NCBI GenBank assembly: GCA_010909165.1
Contig: VJWM01000025.1
Span: forward strand, 744,001 to 808,000
DNA length: 64,000 nt
Origin: Anthoceros angustus
Taxonomy: Eukaryota > Plantae > Anthocerotophyta
Direction: 5' to 3'
Below, piece after piece: positions 1 to 11,600 of the stretch. Under the pieces are notes generated by a model. The model was not told the origin of the DNA. It saw only the letters and a program-made list of their open reading frames with translations, and did no database searches. Every line of letters begins with the position of its first letter. Positions within the stretch are counted from its first letter, which is position 1. A program made the position numbers and the translations under genes.

Positions 1-79
1 GGCCATCATCTGCCTTGTGAATCTTGATAAAAGGAAGCGGATGGCCTCATGTGCCTTGTGAATCTTGATAAAAGGAAGC
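1..79. repeat. Short direct duplication (~41 bp period)
   Basis: TGCCTTGTGAATCTTGATAAAAGGAAGC occurs at 11 and 52. Confidence 0.8.
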
Positions 80-113
80 AGAGGAAGAAGACTGAACTTC
101 GTTTGCCGGGCAC

Positions 114-135
114 TGGAGACGCCGGGTTTCGATCC

Positions 136-181
<46 letters not shown>

Positions 182-186
182 CCCCC
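114..186 (-). tRNA. tRNA-Ala (anticodon UGC)
   Basis: Reverse complement GGGGGTGTAGCTCAATTGGTAGAGCGCGCGCTTTGCATGCGCGAGGTACCGGGATCGAAACCCGGCGTCTCCA is a 73-nt cloverleaf with anticodon arm CGCGC-TT-TGC-AT-GCGCG and the G3:U70 Ala identity pair. CAA directly upstream and a TATA-like run at about -30 are typical of plant Pol III tRNA genes. Confidence 0.96.
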
Positions 187-462
187 TTGTGCAAGTGGAT
201 TTTCTCTCTATATATATTTAATACGTTTTATTTTTATTCTGATTTCACAATTGGACACACATTTATAAGAATGCCGTTGTTAAGCATTCTGCGCTTCGAT
301 CGATACGTAGATGAGATGCCTTAAGCGAGTGGATGCCCTTGGTTGTTAATACCAAGTCTCATGACAGGAAAATTCGATCCAAGTGGATGAAATGGTTTAA
401 AGGTTTAACCCCTAATGGACGAATCGACTCGTTTTGAGTGTTTGGCATCGAAGAACGGCCGT

Positions 463-592
463 ATCTTTGTCGTTGGAAGTGGTCCTTGTGGGATGAGGTT
501 GGCACAATGTGGAGAAGGCAATGGACTATATCTTTGTCGTTGGAAGTGGTCCTTGTGGGATTCGGTTGGCACAATGTGGAGAAGGCAATGGG
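463..592. repeat. ~67 bp tandem duplication
   Basis: TATCTTTGTCGTTGGAAGTGGTCCTTGTGGGAT..GGTTGGCACAATGTGGAGAAGGCAATGG occurs twice back to back. Confidence 0.85.
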
Positions 593-2341
593 CTATTTTT
601 CGAGTCCACGGGCCAAAACATTGGCACAACGATGCACACACCAGTGGCATTCAGAGTTCACGATTCCATCAGATGCTTGGGAACTCAAGGTGAGCTTGTG
701 TGGTTAGGGTGACCGTGTTGTGCACCACGCGATCCCACCACGAAAGCCCGGTTGACGTGGCAGGCATTTAGGGGTTTCCTCCGAAACGTGTGCGCTACAG
801 GTAAGGAAGGCCCGGGCTTGTCTGCAGCAATTCCATCTCAATTCCAATCCCCTCATGACACCAAACATTTTGTGAATTCAGGTGGGAAACAACACGCGTG
901 CTGCAGGAGGCAGGGAATTGCAAGGCTCCACATGCTGTGTTGGACACGGAAGTGGAAGACGAGGTGGTGGGTGCCATAAAGATGGGAGAAGGGCGGAAGA
1001 AGAAGAGAGGAAGAAGCGCGGCCTAATCGTCTCAACCTCCTCCCACTAGCAGGCATCCTGCAGCAAGCTGCCAGACTGAAGAGGCTGCAGGAGCAAGCCC
1101 CCTCCCCCGGCGAAGGAGGAAGGCTTCACCAATCACTCCCCCCGCCAATGACTGATTCTCAACTTCTGCCCGAGCTCGTTGAAGCTGGTCTAAATGACCC
1201 GCTGGAGGATGTCATTCTGTCTTCACGAAAATACAACCATATTAACTGCATGGTAAGTCATGGTTATATGTACTATAACTACCTTTCTAACAGATGGAAG
1301 TGTGGGCAGCCTATTCAAGCCGATCAGGAATTGGAATCTTGGAACGGGGCAAGGAGTTGGCCGACGTGCACGTTGCTCGCGTCGACAAGGAGGTGCGGAA
1401 ACTACCCTTAGGTTGGTATTGTGTTCACATTTCGACATCTAAGGAGAAGTTGTTGATGCTGCCGAACCCGACAGCATCAATTTTTGATGTCTTGGTAGCG
1501 GAGATTGTGCCCAACATTTGCTGCATGAACCCACTGCTATTTGTTGTGTGTGTGTAGCTTGCTTCAGCCCATCAGGCACGAGGAGTTCATGGACGCCAAG
1601 GTTGCTCAGTGGGAACGGGCTGGTGTAGCTCAAACACCCGGAGGAGGGGAGATGGCGCGTTCTGCAAAATGTAGGAATTTCAGAGGTTCAAATTTGAACT
1701 TTCTAATTACATGGCAAGGAAGAGAGCCCCTCGTTAAATGGAGGCGCCCCCTAACCTTGGAAGAGGTGCGGCAGCAAGTATGACATGAAATGATCCCTTT
1801 CGGTATGTGTAACAGCCGGGTTGGAACGATGCGGACAGAAGAGAGACAAGGAACCGTCGGCAAAAACTTAGATTAAGTCTAAGCTCGAACAAAAAATAAA
1901 GGCTGGCAGTTCTCTCCTTATCACGTTGTGAACTTACAGGACTCGAATGAGGAACTGCGCTTGCCCTCAGAGCACTCAGAAACGCGGGCAGAATTCCACC
2001 GGCACCTATAACCTGCCAGGGCAAAGAGGTACATCCATTCGATGGCGTCACTATCTTATTTCAACAAGAACAGGCTTCCAACCTGCCCAGCCACCACAAA
2101 CCTCTCTGACGTTGCACGGCCAGTGGTTCTAGACCACTTGAAGGTTTGTGGTCATGCCATAGCGGGCTCCAATTGTGAAAGGTGGAAGTTAGGCCACCTT
2201 TTACAATTTACGCTGCCAGAGACACATGAAAGGTTGAGGTACGTGCTACAGTACATGCTACCGTCAATCAAACACAAACTAGACCACACCAGCCACCATC
2301 CCCAACAACCAAGACGCAACCATAGGAACATATCCACAGCG

Positions 2342-5074
2342 CTAGCAGGGCAGAGGTCTTGGAAGACGTACAGGTTTCCTGTTTGGTCTGAAGTCTTCAT
2401 AGCCTGGAACAGGAATCTGCCACGTGCGATCTGCCGATGAAGATGTCATCAGTGAAGATTGTGTACACTACCAATACCCATCACCAACTTACTGCAATGA
2501 CACTTCTGTGATGCTCAAACATTCTATTACTTAGAGGCAATAGGACATCGTCTACGTCCAAGAGGCCAGCCTTCCGATGTTTCGCCATGTCGCAGCTAGA
2601 GCGAGCTACCTGCCAAAAAACACTACTTGGACGATCAGACAAAGGAGTCAACCATCACAACAGGACAACATGAACATCACAGACCATTTTCAACCCAGGT
2701 TTCTCCTACCGTGTCAATAAAATGGTCTACAAATTCCAGTAGGACATCTTCTGCATCCGGATCCAATTCCTCCAATGGATCAATCTACAAAAATACAACC
2801 ACCGCGTCACACTTATAAAGTGCTACAGCTTAGTGAGGAGCAGAACTGAAAGCAGGAGGGAAGCCAACTCACTTCTGCAAGCAGCTGCTGTACTCGGCGC
2901 TTGCCAAGAGTCCGTCGCTCAGCAACAGGGGGTTGACCACCCAAAGGCGTGCCAGGTTGGACAGCAGGTTTAGCAACGGGCGAGGGCTGCAACCGAGGCT
3001 GCTGAGGCATGTGCTGTGAAACCAAGGAGTGATATGACACATATCCTTGTGCAGGTGGTGGCTGGGTCTGTGGGGGCAGGTGGGATGATGGGACCTGAAG
3101 TTGCGATTGCGAATGGGCTTCTGACATAGTAGAGGTCTGGGATAGAGGCTGGGGCGCTGACAACTGCTGGGATGGAGGGGCCAGATGAGTCATAGACACT
3201 GACTGTTGCAGCTGAGTAGGAGGGTGGGACTGAAACTGTCCTTGAGGTAGTCCCTGTGACACTGGCGAGCTCCCGAACCCATGGTTTGAGGTTAGATACT
3301 GCTGGTGCAGAGAAAGGTGGTGTTGCTGGTGCTGCACAGACTGTTGTCCCCCTGTTGGCCTCTGCATCCCATACTGTGCTTGATACGACGGTGAAGGAAC
3401 ACCCTGCTGCTTTGAAACCCATTGCTGTTGCTGCATGCTCTGCTGAACGAGGTTACCTGTCATGCTGAACGGCTGCATTGAAGAAGTCAACGCCTGCATT
3501 TGGAAGGAAAGGGTAATCACCTCAACAGTCAGCATAGGACCATGTTTCATGAACCAGCAGGTCGAATTAGGCAGGCATACCGGAGACATGGCAGACTGCT
3601 GCTGCTGCTGAAATTTTGGTGCAGAGTGCAGAATCCGCTGTTGCTGTGGCTGCTGCTGGGCAATATTTCCGGCTGGCCTAGAAGGCTGGGGGCCAGAAAG
3701 CGAAGCTCCCATGGGTTGCATTCCCTGATAGGTAGATCCCACGGACTGCATTTGTGGTGGCATGCTTGAGGACTTCATCCGCCCCTGCATTGCTATCACC
3801 AGGCATCACGTAAGAATGTAGAAGGCAGGTGCTGGAGCTTGTTGTGTAGGTCTCAAACGTGAGGTGGAGCAGGAATCCCTCACATGGATTCCCTCGGTCA
3901 TGAGGGCGTGTTGAATCAAGACGCTCGCAAGGCACCCTAAGGGGTATTCCGGCAAGCAAATGTAGCGTGCATGCATAAGTTTTGTCAAAGCCTAGAAAAG
4001 TTCCATCCAAGGTGGTCTGGCATGAAGACACGGGACGCACCTGAAGATTTGTCTGTTGCGCTGCACTAGGCTGCTGAGGCTGCATGCCAGGCATTTGCTG
4101 TTGTGCATTCGGCATGGACATCATGGGCGGGGGTTGCCCAACACCTTGACCAGATACTGCTGGCAAGCCTGCGGTTGTGAGTGAAGTTTAAACCCCATAT
4201 TGCTGTTGCATTATGATAAAGAATAACAGCCTGTTGTGGGCTGACTGATGTTTACTGAAAGACTGGAATAGTTGCTGGAGTTGCATAGTATGAAAGCTGA
4301 CCTGGTTGAAGGCTGCTTTGCGAGGCCCTTTGTTGAGCAGTGACAAGCCCCTGCTGCTGCATGCTAACCTGTGTACCTCTGGGACCTACATGCTGCGGCT
4401 GTTGGCCGGGATGCATTTGTGGGCTGGACACCAGCCCTCCTCCCGAGGGGGAAGAACCCAATTGGTACAAGCCTGAGACAAAACAAGAAAAGGACCAAGC
4501 ACTAAGTGGAGCAGGAATGGGATCGTGAAGCCACTACACACCCAAGAGGAGCTCAAAACCCTCACACTGATTTCTACGAATATCAATACTACAGAGTCTG
4601 CAATATTGACATGTACTTCCCAGGACGACATGACACAGGTGTACCAAGTCAGAAGGGGAAACCTGAAGGGTTGTAGCTCGACGTAGCCATCTGCGCCAGC
4701 CGCTGTCCGGATGCCGTGCGGGTAAGCCCATGTACCACCTGAGGCCCGCTCAAATGCATTGCCTGCTGTTGAGATGCTGCCATGGGCGATCCCTGTCCGG
4801 AGTGCAGAAATCGGGTATTCGGGTGCAGCTGGGGCCTGAGCGTGGGAATTCCTTGCTGCGCCTGTTGCTCAAGGAGCGCCTGGGCCTGCTTCTGCTGCTG
4901 CTGTTGCAGATGACTCTGGCCTCCATTATGGGCTAGTAACACACCTGCTGATGACAAATTGCTTTCGTCCAAATTGGATTCTTGTTGCGCATGATCTCCA
5001 GGGTCTTGTGGCAGATTTTGTACTTGCCCGGCATTGGAATTTGGCTGACCACCAGGCTGCAGCTGTTGCTGCAT
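2342..5074 (-). CDS. TAF12: TFIID subunit TAF12 (Gln-rich N-terminus, C-terminal histone fold); multi-exon, 3' end uncertain
   Basis: Spliced exons give RTLGKRRVQQLLAE / IDPLEELDPDAEDVLLEFVDHFIDT (exon 2710-2784) / VARSSCDMAKHRKAGLLDVDDVLLPL / RTWQIPVPGYEDFRPNRKP, matching the plant TAF12 histone fold. Q/P-rich upstream exons start at ATG 5074. Confidence 0.88.
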
Positions 5075-5505
5075 CGTTAGCTCAAATCTCCAAGCTCCTC
5101 ATATCATAGTACCATGTGCCTCGCCGGGTCCAGGCTTCGCAGCTTCCGCAATTCGCCCCAACGTTGGCCTGGGAGCAACCGGGTGACCCACGTTGTTTCC
5201 CCCCTCCGAATGAAAGTCTCACAGTGTCCACCTCTATATGTACGTCGTACGTATACGACCAACAATATTTGTAGACAGGTAACGGAAGCAATACGAGTAG
5301 GGATCACGCAACGAGACCTAATACCATCCAGGAGGTTCTATCCATGACACATGCCCACCATGGCAGCAGCACATGATTTGAAGGCGTCGTGTGTGTGCCC
5401 AATCACACTCTCAAGAAGGCAACTTGTAGCTTCTTTCCTACCTAATTAGCCTGGCCTGTGGCCTGGCCTGGCAGGTCTCCTTCAAGAAGCTGCGTTCCTG
5501 CTCCA

Positions 5506-6958
5506 TCAGACTACAATAGATGGTTGCAAAACTTCTTGTTGATTGCTCGAGTCAAGCAGGCCATCCTTGGGAAACGGCGGCAAGCCCCAGTCGCAAGGGC
5601 TGAATTCCAGCAGGGAGGACAGAAGCTCGTCTGCTCCCGAGCAAAGACTCCGGTCCAGGTTCGGATCAGGAACCATAACCACATTCCTGAATCCGATGCC
5701 AATGGCAAGTTTCGCAGGTTATACTAGTGCATTCAGCAAAGCTGAAAATGTGATGGAAGATTTTCACAAAGTACACCAACTCACTCACATGCCAGCATTG
5801 CGGGCGGCAGCCACGCCGGTGGGAGCATCTTCGAAAACTAGAACATTGACAGGCTTCAGAGAAGAATCCTGCAGAAACAAGGTGCTGATATGACATCAGC
5901 TCCGGACAGACCTAATTAATTCGGATATTTCCTTAAAACACAGTGCAAGGGTTGGGGGTGGAAAAGAAACCTGAAATCGGCGAGCTGCAATAAGGAAGAT
6001 GTCTGGAGCAGGTTTACCATGGACGACATCAGGGTCATCCCCAACAACTACGTGATGCATCAGTGTTGTCAGCTCCTTGTGACGAGTTGTTTTCAGTTCA
6101 TAATGACTTCGATGCGAGCTGCAATTTGGCAGTTCTAAAATGTGAGCGGAAAGGAATCACCCTCAGCAGGGGCAAGTGAGGGAGCAAGTTCATACCTGGT
6201 AGCAATAGCCATTGGCACCCCGTGAGAATGCAGGTGTCTGATGAGTCGTTCTGCACCTGCAAGCTCCAACGGCCGAAAACAGGAAGTTGAAGGCATGAAG
6301 ATCTGAGCTGGTGAGAAAGCTAGGAAGGCGTAAAATGAAATGCTCATGTAATACCTGGCATCAGGTCACTGTGTGGGAACAGGAGATGGAGAGCCTCTTC
6401 TCGCTGTTTGATGAACTCTTCCGGGGTGATGACTCCCTCAAGGCCAAGCTCCTGCACCAAGATGCGGCCAGCCTCCAAGGCCTTCTTCCCCATCATCTTG
6501 GCCTTCAGGTCCCAGGTGAAGGTCTTTCCATAGCCTGCCAAAATGGTCTGCTGCACCTCGGTGTAGAATTTCTCCGTATCTGCAGGCATAAATGCAGCAC
6601 ACACACTGTCAAGCTATGCGAGGGAATGTTGGAGGTGGAGCCAAGCCTTCAAGACTGTGTGCTTACCGAGCAGAAGGCCATCCATGTCGAAGAGGACGTG
6701 GGTGATGGCTTCCCGAGCAGGAGGAGCTCCATGGCTTTCCACTTGCTTAGCCATGGCCGCAATGGCCGGGCAGAACCTGAAGGGGACCGTATGTACAGAA
6801 TTTACATCATCCATAAACAAGGGGTCTGTGCGGGTGCGGGAAGGATTATTATTATAACTGCGGAGAAGTAGCGAGTCAGGCGGTAATGGCAGTTGGCCGA
6901 GCCGCAAGACAGGAAGGGAAAGGAAGGGACGCACGCACCAAGGCAACGCCATCGCCAT
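5506..6958 (-). CDS. GPP: HAD-superfamily hydrolase, (DL)-glycerol-3-phosphatase/GS1-like; alternative downstream start at 6754
   Basis: Motifs ITHVLFDMDGLLL/DTEKFYTEVQ, DLKAKMMGKKA, VPMAIAT, GDDPDVVHGKPAPDIFL, LVFEDAPTGVAAA, VVMVPDP and WGLPPF lie across GT-AG exons; stop at 5506-5508. The upstream in-frame extension resembles a transit peptide. Confidence 0.92.
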
Positions 6959-7007
6959 AGCCTTAGCCAACAGCGTCAGCGTCGTCATCGCCGTGCCAGA
7001 AAGAAAG

Positions 7008-8167
7008 ATGAAGAAGGAGCGGCAGAGCTTTTTCCACTTGCTGGCCTGCACCGTCTTGTGTTCCGCGCTGTTGCCGTTCCCGTTCAATCAGATTCACGGT
7101 CACCTTCAAATCATATTGTGTGTTTTTCTTGCCAGCGGCACCGAAATCCTGCTACACACCTATGCTGTAACAGCAGAATGCCTGAATTCGGAAAGAATGG
7201 TTTCCAGGCTTGGACGTCGACATCGATCTGAAATGTGAGGAGCTGGAGCCTGAGGAATGTGCGTACGCGGTGTCCTCATCCGGCGCACGCTGCGTGCTGG
7301 AGAAGCTTGCTCCTGACGAAGCCTTTGCGTATGCAAATGTAGATGAAGGCCAGTTGCAGGCGCTGCGGTCGCGGTGTCAGGTATGGCTACTGTTACAGCA
7401 CTGCAGCAACATGCAAGCAGCCAGATCTGGCCAAATTCAGTGGAATGTACTTTCACTGAAGAGAAAAGTGCTGCTGCGCATGGCATGCTGCAGACGTCCT
7501 CCGTCATGGCGGAGAAGCAAGTGGAATGGATCGAGACGGACGAATGCATTCGAGTGTGCGGCTTGCAGAGGATGACGTACGGCATGTCCACTGATGTGCT
7601 TTTGGACGACGATGCGAGCAGGATGCTGTGCTCTGGATCGTGCCTGCAGAATTGTCCCAATATTGTGCAACTTCACCTGGCGCTGGCTGCCGACGAAGGT
7701 AGCTTAAGCTTGCCTTTGCTTTGGCGTGGGAATATGTGAATTGAGCCGTCCTCATGTCACTCCCAAGGTCATGGTAACAGGAGCGTTTGGATTGGCATTA
7801 TGTTGAAACTGCAGGCCTCTACCTTCCTGACCTATGCGCGGCCGTGGCCACAAGCTTTGAGAGCCGCAATCTGGTAGAGACAGAGAAACCTCGTCATCAC
7901 AATGTTCCGGATGAGGAAGAATGGGGATTTCAAAGGGAGAGGAGGCCAAGCTGGGGCTGGAATCATGATGCACCAGCTCCTCACCCTGAGAATTCACCTG
8001 CTCCTGCTCCTGCTCCTTGGCCTGCTGCAGGCTGGAGGCCTGATCATGCAGCTGCTCCTGCTCCTCACTGGAGGCCATGGGAAGCCGCATCTGCTCCCCA
8101 GCCCGCTCCCACATGGAATTGGAGACCACGGCCACCTGCACCACCTCCGACTCATCCAGCTGGTTAA
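7008..8167 (+). CDS. PAR1: PAR1 (photoassimilate-responsive) secreted Cys-rich protein with Pro/Ala/Trp-rich tail
   Basis: Exons 7008-7098, 7208-7380, 7494-7698 and 7815-8167 encode a signal peptide, then CEELEPEECAYAVSSSGARCVLE..TSSV..IETDECIRVCG..GMSTD..LCSGSCLQNCPNIVQLHLALAADEG/LYLPDLC, the PAR1 cysteine pattern. Confidence 0.9.
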
Positions 8168-8645
8168 CACTTTTCCACCAATTTGTACCATATTCCATGT
8201 ATGTAACCAAGTTCCAGCCAGAGGCACCTATTTTCTGCAAACTGGTTGGCCCACAGCACGATGTATGATGTATACTGAGCAGTGCAGTGTTTACGCAGCA
8301 CCAGAGGTCTTTTATGTTTGCCTGCCTGGAACACTACTAGTGACATGGTGGCACGACGTGAACCAGACTATGCATCACGCAGCTGCATTTCTACTCGCAA
8401 GGAAAGAAGAGATTGAGAAACTCGGAAGCATCACAAGTGCGTGAATAAGTGTATAACACCAACAGTTTCTCAAATGTTCATCTTTCCTCAGCTGACTGAC
8501 TTTGTCAACGATGCACTAGCCACAAAGGAGCCGCAATATAATTAACCCCAAAACAGTGGAAGCCCCCTCACCTCACCTCACTTCCCCTCTCACCCAGCCT
8601 ACCCGCAGGTTATAAGCTTAGCCTCCACCTTCCTTCCATGCTAAC

Positions 8646-11600
8646 TTATACCAGCACACCGTCAGTCACAAGTTTGATACCCAGCCGATGATTCAAGTGC
8701 CCATTTTGCGAAAGGGGGCTTCCACTCATGTGTATGCTCATGTGTCCGCTCGACGCATTGCCATCCTTCGAAGCTTGCTCTATGTGGCCATTTTGTGAAT
8801 CTTTTGCGCGGATGGCTTCCTCCCATGTTTTCTGCATGAATTCCCTAGTAACTGCTTCCCTTCCATTTCCGTTATGGAGTCCCTCCCTGCCCTGGGCATT
8901 GTGTACGTGGAGCGGCACAGGAGCACCACTATGAACTGACTCTTTCATGTTGCCACCCTCTGATGAGTGACGGTTTGGCAAAGAGTCTCTACCTTGCCTG
9001 TTCTGAACCACTTCCCTTCTGCGTCCATTTTCATTTTTCCTGGGTCCCATGTCATTGGCCTCTTCTCCATGCCCGTTCTCCCGACTGTAGCCATACAGGC
9101 CCGTGTGGTAAGCGGTCTTAGGCTGCCCGGCGAGCTCGTCTTCCTTGCTTTCTCCATTGCCCGCCTCACCATGGATCTCCACATGTGAATTTCCAGGCGC
9201 CTCGTTCACATCCTGAATACAGTGGGCCTCTTCCATGTGCCCATTGGAATACTCCGGGGACAGGTGCTTGTCTGCACATGCTTGGTCTGCATTGCTCCTT
9301 ATACCAGCTTCTGATTTAGATAGTGGATTGAGTTCCACGTATCTGGTGGAACTTGACTCCTTGGCGTACTCAGCTGAAATGGTGTCCCTCCCCCTTGGAG
9401 ATCCCTTGTCACTCATATCACGGCTAGGGCCTCTCTTATGAGTCTCTTTGAGGTGACCATTATCCCTCGTGACCATGATGTCCTTCAAATGTCCATTTTC
9501 CTTAGCATGCCCATTCTCCTTGGAATGCCCGTTCTCCTTGACAAGCCCATTCTCCTTGACAAGCCCGTTCTCCTTGACAAGCCCATTCTCCTTGACAGGC
9601 ACGTTCTCCTTGGCATGCCCGTTCTCCTTGGCATGCCCGTTCTCCTTTGCATGCCCACTCTCCTTGGCAAGCCCGCTCTCCTTGGCATGCCCGTTCTCCT
9701 TCACAAGCCCCTTCTCCTTCACAAGCCCATTCTCCTTGGCATGCCCGTTCTCCTTTGCATGCCCACTCTCCTTGACAATTCCATTCTCCTTGACAAGCCC
9801 ATTCTCCTTGACAAGCCCATTCTCCTTGACAAGCCCATTCTCCTTAGAATGCCCATTCTCCTTCACATGCACACTGTCCTTGAAGAGACCGCTCTCCTTG
9901 ACATGCCCATTCTCTTCCTTGGCATGCACACTGTCCTTATATTGACCGTTCATCTTCACATGGCCGTTCTCCTCCTTGGCATGCCCGTTCTCCTCGGCGT
10001 GCCAACCTTTCTTCTCCCCGTGCCAACGGTTCTCCTCAACGTACCCCCCGTTCTCCTTGGCTTGCCTCTTCTCCTTGGCTTGCCCCTTCTCATTGGAATG
10101 CCCGTTCTCCATGGCGTGCCCGTTCTCCGTGGCGTGCCCGTTCTCCTTAGCATGCCCATTCTCCTTAGCATGCCCATTCTCCTTAGCATGCCCATTTTCC
10201 TTCGCGAGCCCTTTCTCCCTGGCAAAACCATTGCCGTTGGCGTGCCCATTTTCTTTCACGTGCACATGAGCATAGCCATTCCCATGTTGAGATGCCTCTT
10301 GTTTGGTAGCAAACACCGCCTTTCCTACAGAAGGACTTACTGCAATACGAGTTATTGAGCTGCTTGCTTGTTGGCTCGTGTCTAGCTGCCCAGATGCAGC
10401 CCGGATCAACCCTGCAACACACAGCCCAAACGGAGAATCTTGCTGATGAGTAAGACTGTCCATCAACAAAACATACGGCAGCAAGATTCCCTTCAGCAAA
10501 AACACACCTAGGAAAGGTGCAGAAGGATGGCCCGGCCGTGAATTGAATTCAGGATGAAACTGGACACCTACATAAAATGGATGCCCTGAAAGCTCAATAA
10601 TCTGGACACAAGTGCGATGGTCAGATGATTGCGATCCAAGGGAAAACTCGAGTATCAACTATCCAAAAACCGCTGCAAAAAAGTATGACTTCTCACCTCC
10701 ATCCGTTGTCCCGACTCGTCTTTGCCCACAAATTCAAGGCCTGCATTTTCTAGACTGTCCACCAACTCAGGATTGACCTGAGCAGAAAGTAAAGCCGAGT
10801 GAACTGCCGGCAACGGACCAGAAATGCTATGTAGGATGGATGGCAATGTCAAGGAATCCACAATACCTCATATCTATGGCGATGACGCTCATCGACGTAC
10901 TTTTGCTGCTTCTGATCATCATAGAACAGATGGTTCTCATACCTACAAACCCATACAGCAGAACTAGTCACAAAAAAGGAAGAGCTATGTCGACCCTTGC
11001 AATGTACTCAGTTCTCGCATGGCATTGATGGACAACTAGAAAGCCGTGACGAGACTCACAGTCTTGAAATCTTGGAGTCAGGCTTCTGAATGTAGGTCCT
11101 CCGAGATCCCAACCTCATGGTCCCACCCATTTGAGTAGTCGAGTGCTGCAGAAATCCTGAGAGTTTAGTGGACAAAAGCAGACGGCATACCATGTGATTG
11201 TCTGCCACAGTCCAAGAACCACGTTTTGGGCTTATGCTTTGAGCTAGTAGGTACCTCTGGCATGGATATAATGCATGGGTGTGTGGCTGACCCATCAAAC
11301 TCAGTGCTGTTTGCATTTGCTAAGCCCAGAACCTGCAAACACATGTCAGCAGCCATCTCAGAATTGGGCAATTAGGGTTTACCAAGTTTTAGTCTACCCA
11401 GTTGATTTCCGCCAACAACAAAGAGACTCTACATGTTCACTTACCGATCGAGCAAATTCAATCACTGCAACTTGCATCCCGAGACAGATGCCCAAGAAAG
11501 GAGTATGTGTCTGACGAGCATAGTTTACTGCCAAGATTTTTCCTTCGACGCCCCTGGGACCAAAACCTCCTGGAACTAAGATACCATCTACTGCCTGCAA

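Noticed and set aside
1680-1783. Chromodomain-like FLITWQG
   Set aside because: Too short; the other chromodomain residues and an adjacent integrase are missing.
7752-8240. Minus-strand 162-aa Q/E-rich ORF
   Set aside because: Antisense to the PAR1 last exon, with no recognisable domain.
9438-10358. Plus-strand ORFs of 306 and 158 aa (MPILL/CPFSL repeats)
   Set aside because: Antisense shadows of the stop-free CTPS coding repeat.
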